This document shows, piece after piece, positions 8,342-15,997 of a stretch of DNA of 44,429 nt (positions are counted from its first letter, which is position 1; each line of letters begins with the position of its first letter). Source of the DNA: Pseudomonadota bacterium (lineage in GTDB: Bacteria > Desulfobacterota > Syntrophia > Syntrophales > UBA5619); assembly GCA_018896355.1 (NCBI GenBank), contig JAHIMW010000172.1:1-44429 (forward strand). The letters run 5' to 3'. The notes below the pieces were generated by a model. That model was not told where the DNA came from, ran no database searches, and worked only from the letters and a program-made list of their open reading frames with translations. The translations under genes and the position numbers were made by a program.

Positions 8342-8521
8342 TTACACGAGCGATATCGCATCGGATATGTTGAGCTCCAGCATCTTCGTGCTCGCAAGGA
8401 GCCGAACAAGATTCTTATTTACGGCCTCGATATCTCCCCCCAGTTCCTGGAGTTCTTCCGCGGCTTTCCTTATCTCTTTGATCTTGGCATCCATTTTTTG
8501 GATGTTATACCCGGTTGTCAT
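8342..8521 (-). CDS. Small hypothetical protein (59 aa, predicted helical/coiled)
   Basis: This ORF is below the track's reporting size and I read it by hand: ggagaatttaccATG then MTTGYNIQKMDAKIKEIRKAAEELQELGGDIEAVNKNLVRLLASTKMLELNISDAISLV. It has a good SD (GGAGA) and fits exactly between the PaaK-like and HAD genes on the same strand. Confidence 0.45.
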   Translation of the reverse strand: MTTGYNIQKMDAKIKEIRKAAEELQELGGDIEAVNKNLVRLLASTKMLELNISDAISLV

Positions 8522-8549
8522 GGTAAATTCTCCTAATCATACTGACTTG

Positions 8550-9896
8550 CTAATGTTCTCTCAGATCTTTGAACCTCTTCGCCTTCAAGGCGTACCTGGG
8601 CAAGCTTTCGTAGGGATGGATTTCCATTATATAACCGAGATTCGTCTTGACCCGGAGCTGTTCCTTTAAACGCTTGAGAATATCCGGTTCCTTCTTCTCG
8701 AATCCCGGCATGATCTCTATCTTAAGAAGGATTTCATCGATGTCGCCCTTCTTGCTCACCACAACTTCATATTCATTACCGAGCTCCGTAAAACTCCTCA
8801 CCACTTCCTCGATGGCCGTCGGTGCAAGGAGTACGCCCTTGACCTTGGTAATGTCATCGGTCCTGCCGACCACACCGCCGTCGATGCTCCTGAAGGTGCG
8901 GCCGCAATCGCATTCATAGTCGGCCCAGCGGATCACGTCTTTCGAGTCGAAACGGATGCAGGGCTTGGCCATCCGGTCCAGGGCCGTGATAACCATCTTG
9001 CCGTTCTTTCCGGGCGTATCGATGATTTCACCGGTATCGATATCCTCTATCTCGACGAGGAAGAAGGCCTCGTTTACGTGAAGGCCCTTCTGGAAGGTGC
9101 AACTGTAACTCCACGCGCCTATCTCCGTGGCGCCGATGTGGTCATATACCTTCGCCCCCCAGGCATCCTCGATCCTCTTCTTGGTAGTGGGGATGCTGGC
9201 GCCCGGTTCACCGGCACAGGTGATTTTCCGGATGCCGATCGATCGGGGATCAATCCCCATCTTTATCGCCGTGTCGGCCATGCCGAGCACATAAGTCGGG
9301 GTAGCTCCAAAGGAGTTGCACTTGAGTTCCTGCATCTTCATGATCCGCGCCCCCGTGTCCAGCACCCCGCCCGGAACCACCTCGCAGCCGAGCTTCTCCG
9401 CTCCGTAATGACAGGCCCAGAAGGCGACAAAAATGTTGTAACCGAAGGGGATGAACATCCTGTCCGTATCGCGGTAGCCCTGGGCATAAAGTATATAGGC
9501 CCAGCACTCCGCCCACCATTCCCAGTCCTGCCAAGTGTCTGCCTGATACACGGGGGTTCCCGTGGTGCCGCTGGTTTGCCGGAACTCCGTGACCTGACGG
9601 AGCGGAACGGCCAGCATATCGCCATAAGGGAAAGGCGGTCGGTTCTGGACGTCTCTCAACATACCCTTATCGGTCCGGGGGACCTTCCTGATGTCCTCAT
9701 AGGTTTTGATGTCGCCCGGTTCCATGCCGGTATCCCGGTAAAGTTTCCGGTAAAATGGCGAGTTTTCGTAAGCCCAGGTGAAGATCCTTCGGAACTTCTT
9801 CACCTGCAGCTCCCGGAGCTTTTCGCGCGGCATCGTTTCCATGATCGGATTCCAGTAAATGCTTCCATTCTTGGCCATCGCGTTATCTTCATTCAT
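8550..9896 (-). CDS. Phenylacetate-CoA ligase family (PaaK-type) aryl-acid adenylating enzyme
   Basis: The 448 aa product has the PaaK architecture: YWNPIMETMPREKLRELQ...TSGTTGTP...GEPG...DITKVKG. The ATG at 9896 overlaps the ubiX stop (ATGA). An alternative ATG lies at 9878. Confidence 0.85.
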   Translation of the reverse strand: MNEDNAMAKNGSIYWNPIMETMPREKLRELQVKKFRRIFTWAYENSPFYRKLYRDTGMEPGDIKTYEDIRKVPRTDKGMLRDVQNRPPFPYGDMLAVPLRQVTEFRQTSGTTGTPVYQADTWQDWEWWAECWAYILYAQGYRDTDRMFIPFGYNIFVAFWACHYGAEKLGCEVVPGGVLDTGARIMKMQELKCNSFGATPTYVLGMADTAIKMGIDPRSIGIRKITCAGEPGASIPTTKKRIEDAWGAKVYDHIGATEIGAWSYSCTFQKGLHVNEAFFLVEIEDIDTGEIIDTPGKNGKMVITALDRMAKPCIRFDSKDVIRWADYECDCGRTFRSIDGGVVGRTDDITKVKGVLLAPTAIEEVVRSFTELGNEYEVVVSKKGDIDEILLKIEIMPGFEKKEPDILKRLKEQLRVKTNLGYIMEIHPYESLPRYALKAKRFKDLREH

Positions 9897-10480
9897 TCTA
9901 TTTTATACTGTCCTATGTCAGTCCCGGTCCAGCGCTTGAACAGATTATGTTCGATGCCGACCTGATCGAGCGCCTTGCCGATGCTCTGGTGGATAATGTC
10001 AAGGATGGTTTCGGGCTTGTGATAGAAGGCCGGTATCGGCGGCAGGATCACCGCGCCGATGTCGGCGGCTCGTGACATCAGGTCGAGATGTCCCTTGTGA
10101 AAGGGCGTTTCCCGCACCATCAGCACCAGCGTGCGCCGCTCCTTGAGCGTCACGTCGGCGGCGCGCACCACCAGGTTGTAGGTAAACGAATTGGCAATCG
10201 CCGACAGCGTCTTGATGGTGCAGGGTGCGACGATCATGCCGCGGGTGCGGAACGACCCGCTGGCGATGGCGGCGCCGACATCTTTGTTTTGATAGACCAC
10301 GTTCGCCAGCGATCTGACTTCGTCGAGCGAGCAGTCCGTCTCGATCGCGAGGTTCATGCCGGCGGCCTCGCTCAGGATGAGGTGGGTTTCTTGGCCCAGA
10401 CCTTTCAGGACGCGCAGCATTTCCACGCCATAGATCACGCCCGACGCGCCGGTAATCGCCACCACCAATGGCAAACTCAT
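9893..10480 (-). CDS. ubiX: Flavin prenyltransferase UbiX (prFMN synthase)
   Basis: The 195 aa product shows typical UbiX/Pad1 sequence: VVAITGASGVIYG...ILSEAA...IVAPCTIKTLSAIA...VRETPFH. SD AGGAG lies upstream. Confidence 0.9.
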   Translation of the reverse strand: MSLPLVVAITGASGVIYGVEMLRVLKGLGQETHLILSEAAGMNLAIETDCSLDEVRSLANVVYQNKDVGAAIASGSFRTRGMIVAPCTIKTLSAIANSFTYNLVVRAADVTLKERRTLVLMVRETPFHKGHLDLMSRAADIGAVILPPIPAFYHKPETILDIIHQSIGKALDQVGIEHNLFKRWTGTDIGQYKIE

Positions 10481-10532
10481 TTATCTGCTCCTGAAGTTCT
10501 CTGCCGGATTATCGTGAAGCGTCGGCGCTGTT

Positions 10533-11210
10533 TTACAGTATAGACTCCCGCACCTCGGCAGACTCAAGTGCCGGAAAACCCGCCGCCGCAAGCGCGGCAA
10601 CGACCTTGCCGATCTCCCCGGGGTAAAATCGGAGAATCACAGTCCTTTCCGGAAAAACGTCGTCATCCGGTTTCGCGCGCCGTCCAACCGGGTAGATCGC
10701 TTGCACCACGGCGCCAGCCGCCTCGACAACGTCGGCGATCCGGCCCAGCACGCCTGGGCCGAGCTTGAGCGGCGCAAGCGTCACACCGCTGTGCCGCTCC
10801 CAGGCGCCCAGGCAATGAGCGGCAAGCTGAAAAATCTCATTGGCGGAAATGATGCCAACCACCTCTTCTCCATCCATGACGGGGAACTGGGCCACCCCCA
10901 AATCCTGGCCCTTGAGCAGGCAATGTACCATGGTGTCGTCACTCCGCACCGTGGCCGGATTGCGCACCATGACGTCGCGCACCTTGAGGCGATTGACGAA
11001 GAAGTTGAATTCGTCCGCGCTCTGGGTGCGCATGACAAAGTGTCCCATGCGCAACATGTTGGGACGCGTCACCAGCCCGCGCAGCCGCCCGTTATCCACC
11101 ACGGGCAGGACATGCAGATTGTTGTCGGTTAGCAGACGCTTGGCTTCCGAGACCAGCGTATCGCTCGGTATCGTTATCGGATTGGTTTGCATCCAGTTTC
11201 GCACGATCAT
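10533..11210 (-). CDS. CBS-pair protein with ACT-like C-terminus (AcuB/PpsC-like)
   Basis: The 225 aa (~24 kDa) product has two CBS repeats (MIVRNWMQTNPITI...LPVVD; VRDVMVRNPATV...FPVMD) and a C-terminal ACT-like segment. Size and architecture match the 24 kDa stimulatory protein of phenylphosphate synthase. Confidence 0.7.
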   Translation of the reverse strand: MIVRNWMQTNPITIPSDTLVSEAKRLLTDNNLHVLPVVDNGRLRGLVTRPNMLRMGHFVMRTQSADEFNFFVNRLKVRDVMVRNPATVRSDDTMVHCLLKGQDLGVAQFPVMDGEEVVGIISANEIFQLAAHCLGAWERHSGVTLAPLKLGPGVLGRIADVVEAAGAVVQAIYPVGRRAKPDDDVFPERTVILRFYPGEIGKVVAALAAAGFPALESAEVRESIL

Positions 11211-11330
11211 TGCCGATTCTCCTTCATAACGACCCCGCCGGGCCGCCCCGGGAAAGCGGGGCCCACAGGCCGCGGACGCGGTGAGTGGCGATCACTTCCT
11301 TCAATGAGAAGGGGGGGATGGCGGGGCGGG

Positions 11331-11882
11331 TCACAGATACCCGCCGTAGTGTGCCAGCGCCAGCGCGGCAACGGTCATGGCGTTGTTGATTTCGCCGCTG
11401 GCGATGCGTGCCGGAACTTCCTGCGCACCGAGCAACACCACCTCGATGTCCTCGCCCGCGTCGAGTTTCGGCGCGCTCGTCAGCCGCACGTCCCGTGCCA
11501 GGTAAATCCAGGCTCGGTTAGAGAACAGCGCGGGCTGTGGCCGCAGTTGCCCGAGAAATGCCCAAGCGCCGCCGCTGTAGCCGGTTTCCTCCGCCAACTC
11601 GCGCGCTGCACCCTGCTCCGGACTTTCCTCCTCCGCGTTGCCATCGTGCAGTCCGCCCGGCACTTCCAGACTGGCCTCGCGCGAACCGTGCCGATACTGC
11701 CTGACCATCACCAGTTTTTTGTCCTCGGTCAGCGGTACGGCCATCAGCCAGTCTATCATCCGGATCACGTGGAAGTCGCGCTCGCCTCCGGTACGCGGCG
11801 AGCGGGCGCGATCGCGTATCACCTGCAGTAAACCGGCGTCGAACATCGGTTCCGAGGCAATCAGGGGCCAGGGCCGGATCAA
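11331..11882 (-). CDS. NUDIX hydrolase
   Basis: The Nudix box is GGLHDGNAEEESPEQGAARELAEETG. The track start at 11882 is a TTG overlapping the upstream stop (TTGA). An internal ATG (MFDAGLL) at 11846 is an alternative start. Confidence 0.8.
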   Translation of the reverse strand: MIRPWPLIASEPMFDAGLLQVIRDRARSPRTGGERDFHVIRMIDWLMAVPLTEDKKLVMVRQYRHGSREASLEVPGGLHDGNAEEESPEQGAARELAEETGYSGGAWAFLGQLRPQPALFSNRAWIYLARDVRLTSAPKLDAGEDIEVVLLGAQEVPARIASGEINNAMTVAALALAHYGGYL

Positions 11883-13156
11883 TGCGCCGCCTCCATAGGT
11901 GCCGACGGTGTCGTCAGCGGCGCGTGCGCTCCTGCATACAGCCGCATGAATTCATCGACGGCAACCCGGGCAAATTCCGGGGTGTAAAGATGCAGGTCGA
12001 CCTCCTTGACCCGCTCCGGATCGGCGAGCTTTTCCTTCAAGCGCGCAACGAAGGCGGCGTCGGCAACCGGGTCGAAAATGGGCCGCCCTTCCTTGTCGAG
12101 CGACGACCAGCCTTTGAGCGGAATCAGGAAAGACCAGGGGCCCTTGGACCGGTTGAGCCGGTCGGCGATCACGTCGGCGGCCTGACGCAACTCATCGGCG
12201 GTAGTGCGAACCTGGACGCGCAGGGCGTCCTGTACGTACTGGGTTCGATCTCGGGTTTTCTCCAGCATGTCGGGGCGGCCGCCATAGGACAGGATATCGA
12301 GGCCGCAGGGCGCCAGCACCATGGGTATCCCGGTTTCGACGGCCGCCATCAGCCGCTCCGGCCCCGGATCGCGGTTGCCCTTGAAGAGGTTTTCCATGAT
12401 CCCGCCGATGCAAATGTCGACCACGCCGTGGAAAGCGCCGGCACGGATCATCTCTTCCATCGCCTTGTCGCCCTTGCCTTGCGCATGACAGACAATCGGT
12501 GTGAAACCGGCCTCCTCCAGCATGCCGAGCGCGGCCTGCACCGCCATCTCGGCGAAACCGAAGGAAGAGATGGCCACACAGGGTTTGTCGAAAACGAAAT
12601 GGGTGCCCAGGGTCATCTCCACCATGCCGCAGATGGCCCCGACCGCGTTGATGATCTGCGCCTTCAGGAGCGGATTCATTTTCACGATATCGAGCACCGT
12701 GTGGTGCATGGTGATGTCGTGGGTGCCGACATACTTGTCGATGTAAGCCGGGTGCGCCGCCATCGGAGTGGCCATCAGCTTGGGCATGCCGAAAGGCAGC
12801 CGTTTCATGATCGAAGTGGCGACCAGCGTGGATGTGGCGCCGCCGATGCCGATCATGCCCTGGACCCGGCCCTGTTTGACCAGTTCATCGATGATCGCCG
12901 CGGCGCCCCGGATCTGGTTGTTGGTCGCGGCATCCCGGTCGGAGCGGTACTTTTCGCGCACCGCTTCGATCGGCAGCCCGCCGCGCGCCGCCACCGCCTC
13001 GGTGGTGATGTCGCCGGCAAACGGCGGCGGCTCCTCCATGCTGAAATCAAGCAGGATGGCCTCGTGGCCCCGGTCGGCAATCAGTTGCTTGACGAAGACG
13101 ATCTCCTTGCCGCGGGTGTCCAGATTGCAGACGATGACGATGCCTTTCTTGCCCAT
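11879..13156 (-). CDS. UPF0261 (Tm-1 N-terminal-like, putative ATP-binding) family protein
   Basis: MGKKGIVIVCNLDTRGKEIVFVKQLI...GIGGATST...ISSFG is the pattern I recognise as UPF0261. I chose the ATG at 13156 (SD GGAGGAAG) over the track start at 13192. Confidence 0.65.
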   Translation of the reverse strand: MGKKGIVIVCNLDTRGKEIVFVKQLIADRGHEAILLDFSMEEPPPFAGDITTEAVAARGGLPIEAVREKYRSDRDAATNNQIRGAAAIIDELVKQGRVQGMIGIGGATSTLVATSIMKRLPFGMPKLMATPMAAHPAYIDKYVGTHDITMHHTVLDIVKMNPLLKAQIINAVGAICGMVEMTLGTHFVFDKPCVAISSFGFAEMAVQAALGMLEEAGFTPIVCHAQGKGDKAMEEMIRAGAFHGVVDICIGGIMENLFKGNRDPGPERLMAAVETGIPMVLAPCGLDILSYGGRPDMLEKTRDRTQYVQDALRVQVRTTADELRQAADVIADRLNRSKGPWSFLIPLKGWSSLDKEGRPIFDPVADAAFVARLKEKLADPERVKEVDLHLYTPEFARVAVDEFMRLYAGAHAPLTTPSAPMEAAH

Positions 13157-13235
13157 GTGCGGAACTTCCTCCACTCCGCCGCTCGCCAACACAGACGAGC
13201 GGCCGGCGATAGCTTTATATGAAAATGCCCCCTCT

Positions 13236-13280
13236 CCCTGTATCCCTCCCCCTTGAAGGGGGAGGGGAGGGTGGGGGTGA
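13236..13280. repeat. G/C-rich palindromic REP-like element, copy 1 (intercistronic)
   Basis: CCCTCCCCCTT-G-AAGGGGGAGGG (13244-13266) is a perfect hairpin followed by GAGGGTGGGGG. A near-identical unit is at 24830-24875. Confidence 0.85.
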
Positions 13281-13315
13281 TTGATCCTTCGTTGCGACCA
13301 ACCCGGGTATGGGGG

Positions 13316-14824
13316 TTACTTGGCCGACTTCTTGACTTCGGGCCGGGTCAGCCGGCTGATCATGCCGGCCACCGGGCTGGCGCCGGAAAAGCCGTACTCG
13401 TTCCAGCGATCGGAAACTTTTTGCAGCACGGCGCGATCCATGAAAATTTCGTTGGGCTTGTTGGTCCATTCGTAAGGCGTACAGGCATCGAGAATGATGC
13501 GGCTGGTGATGTCGCGCGCCTCGATCGGCAGGCCGGGATCGAGCGGCGTGGAGCGCCCGCGGTCGATGATCTGGGCCGAGCGCTTCGGGTCGAAGCGGGT
13601 AGCCAGCGCCCACCAGACGCGATCCCAGTCGTCGGCATCGATGTCGTGATCGACGACGATCACGCCCTTCACGCCGTAGTGACCGGTGGTGGTGGCGATG
13701 ACGGCATTGCCGACGTGATTGGAGTGCCCGGGATACATCTGCTTGACCGATACCACGACCCAGAACCTGCCGCAAGCTTCGGGCGGGATATACACGCTCT
13801 GGATGCCCGGCACCTTCATGGTCTCAAGGTCATGCCAGAGCGTTGCGGTACGGTTCAAGGACTGGATCATGTGGATGTCGTTAATCGGCTTGCCCACGGT
13901 CGTCGCCCACATCACCGGCTTGTTGCGATGCAGGATGCGCGCGATACGCAGAACCGGCTTGGGATAATCCTTGCCCTTGTTGCCCGAATAGTAGCCGGTG
14001 TATTCGCCGAAGGGCCCCTCTTCCATCAATTCGTTCGGGTCGATCCAGCCTTCGGCGATGATCTCGGCGGTTGCCGGCAAGGTAAGCCCGGTCAGTTCCG
14101 ACTTGAACACCTTGACCGGCTTGCCGCGCAGCGAGCCGGCCACGTCGTATTCATCCACCTGCGCACTGACCAGCGTGGAGCCGGCCAGGAACAGTACCGG
14201 ATCGGTGCCCACCACATACGCGGCGGGCATCAGTTCGCCGCGTTCCTGGTACTTCTTCATGTGCATGTCGCCGTGCTTGCCCTTGATGATCTGCGAGCCC
14301 AGGATGTTCTTGCCCAGCACCTGGGCGCGGTAGGTGCCCAGATTGGTCCAGCCGGAGTCCGGATCCCGGGTTACCAGGAAACCGGAAGTGACGAAAAAGC
14401 GTCCGCCGTCGTCCGGATAAAACCAGGGCGAAGGGAACATCTCGATATCGACGGCTTCGCCCTCGATGATGTTCTCCTTCACCTGCGGATTGTCGACAAA
14501 CTCCGGCTTGACCATCGTCTTGGTGGTGAGTTCCATCCACTTCTTGGACAACTGGCTCATCGACAGCGACGGATCCTGCTCCAGCGCAATGGCCAGCCGC
14601 TTCGAGGTGGTGAAGGCGCTGGTGAATACCGGAATGTCGTAGCCTTTGACGTTCTCGTATAACAGCGCCGGCCCCTTCTTCTCCTCATTGACCTTCGATA
14701 CATGGCAGAGCTCGAATTTCCAGTCCACCTCGGTCTTGATGCGGTGCAATTCGCCGTTGGCCTCGAGAGCGGCGATGTAGCTGCGAAGATCGTCGATGGG
14801 CTTTACTTCCTTAGGTGCATTCAT
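13316..14824 (-). CDS. UbiD-family (prFMN-dependent) (de)carboxylase, phenylphosphate-carboxylase-subunit-like
   Basis: The 502 aa product has the UbiD fold pattern: DLRSYIAALEANGELHRIK...GPALLYENVKGY...GTYR...DHDIDADDW. It sits directly downstream of the ppsAB-like genes. SD AGGAGA. Confidence 0.85.
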   Translation of the reverse strand: MNAPKEVKPIDDLRSYIAALEANGELHRIKTEVDWKFELCHVSKVNEEKKGPALLYENVKGYDIPVFTSAFTTSKRLAIALEQDPSLSMSQLSKKWMELTTKTMVKPEFVDNPQVKENIIEGEAVDIEMFPSPWFYPDDGGRFFVTSGFLVTRDPDSGWTNLGTYRAQVLGKNILGSQIIKGKHGDMHMKKYQERGELMPAAYVVGTDPVLFLAGSTLVSAQVDEYDVAGSLRGKPVKVFKSELTGLTLPATAEIIAEGWIDPNELMEEGPFGEYTGYYSGNKGKDYPKPVLRIARILHRNKPVMWATTVGKPINDIHMIQSLNRTATLWHDLETMKVPGIQSVYIPPEACGRFWVVVSVKQMYPGHSNHVGNAVIATTTGHYGVKGVIVVDHDIDADDWDRVWWALATRFDPKRSAQIIDRGRSTPLDPGLPIEARDITSRIILDACTPYEWTNKPNEIFMDRAVLQKVSDRWNEYGFSGASPVAGMISRLTRPEVKKSAK

Positions 14825-14872
14825 AATGTCTCCTTTCTCCTTAAAAGCGTTAAAAATATGCCTGCCGATGGT

Positions 14873-15997
14873 TCATTTCACTTTCTTGCCCGCCAGCATA
14901 CTGGAGAGGATGTAATCCATGGCCGAGGCGCCGGCATCGGCGACCGGTTCCAGTCGCTTTTCGCTCCATACCGTCTCGGGACGGGCCTGCAGGATGAAAA
15001 TGTTGCCGCCGGCAGGAAGGTCCTTGTCCACCGCCCATTCGATGTCCATCGGGCGCCCGTAATGCTTCTCGATCTGCTTGCCCATCCCGGCCAGTTCGGT
15101 GATCTCGTCGTCGATCAGAGACTGCACTCTCTGCCGCTCGAAAGGCACCTCCACGGCCAGGGATTGCTGGGTCTTCAGATCCACCGTGTAGCACATCTCC
15201 TTTTGGGAGATGGTCCGGTCGATGATGTCCAGCGTCACCTTGTTCACGACGAAGTGATCCGGCGTCACCTCGCCCGAAACCACCGATTCGCCGAAACCGA
15301 AGTTGGAATCGATGACGATCACCGAGCGATCGCCGTTAGCCGGGTGGATGGTGAACATCACCCCGGCCGTATGCGCGTTCGCCATTTTCTGTACCCCGAT
15401 GCTGATCGCCATCCGTTCGTCGTCGAGGCCGCGGTTGGCCCGGTAGGCAATGGCCCGGGCCGTGTAAAGGCTGGAGATGCAGCGGCGCATGTGATGCAGC
15501 ACCTCGTCGATGCCCCGGATCCACAAATAGGTATCCTGCTGACCGGCGAAGCTGGCGCCGGGAAGATCCTCGGCCGTGGCGCTGGAACGCACCGCCACCG
15601 GCGCCGCCGGCATACAGCAGCGCAGCGAGAGCTTGCGATAGCACTCGGCCACCAGGTCCTCGATTTCCGTGGAAAACGGATGCGCCTCAATGCTCGTGCG
15701 GATGGATGCGCTGGTCCGCTCCAACGCGTCCATGTCCGCAGCATCGAGCTTATCGAGCAGGGACTTGATCTCCCGGTTTATCCCCGCCTCGGCCATGAAG
15801 CGGCGGTAACCCTCGGTGGTCAGCGCAAAGCCGGGCGGCACCCGCACCCCGGCGTTGATCAGCTCGCCGAGGGAGGAGCACTTGCCGCCGACCAGGGGAA
15901 CGGAATCCTTCCGGCATTCCTCGAACCAGCAGACCAGCGGAACACCCGCCGGCCCCCTGCCGGCCACCGCACCGCCCATGGCCGCGCTCTCCGTCAT
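14873..15997 (-). CDS. ppsB: Aryl-phosphate (phenylphosphate-type) synthase beta subunit, PEP-synthase N-terminal ATP-grasp-like
   Basis: The 374 aa (~40 kDa) product carries the PPDK_N signature VPLVGGKCSSLGELINAGVRVPPGFALT. Its ATG overlaps the stop of the upstream gene (ATGA at 15994-15997). The substrate cannot be assigned from sequence. Confidence 0.75.
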   Translation of the reverse strand: MTESAAMGGAVAGRGPAGVPLVCWFEECRKDSVPLVGGKCSSLGELINAGVRVPPGFALTTEGYRRFMAEAGINREIKSLLDKLDAADMDALERTSASIRTSIEAHPFSTEIEDLVAECYRKLSLRCCMPAAPVAVRSSATAEDLPGASFAGQQDTYLWIRGIDEVLHHMRRCISSLYTARAIAYRANRGLDDERMAISIGVQKMANAHTAGVMFTIHPANGDRSVIVIDSNFGFGESVVSGEVTPDHFVVNKVTLDIIDRTISQKEMCYTVDLKTQQSLAVEVPFERQRVQSLIDDEITELAGMGKQIEKHYGRPMDIEWAVDKDLPAGGNIFILQARPETVWSEKRLEPVADAGASAMDYILSSMLAGKKVK

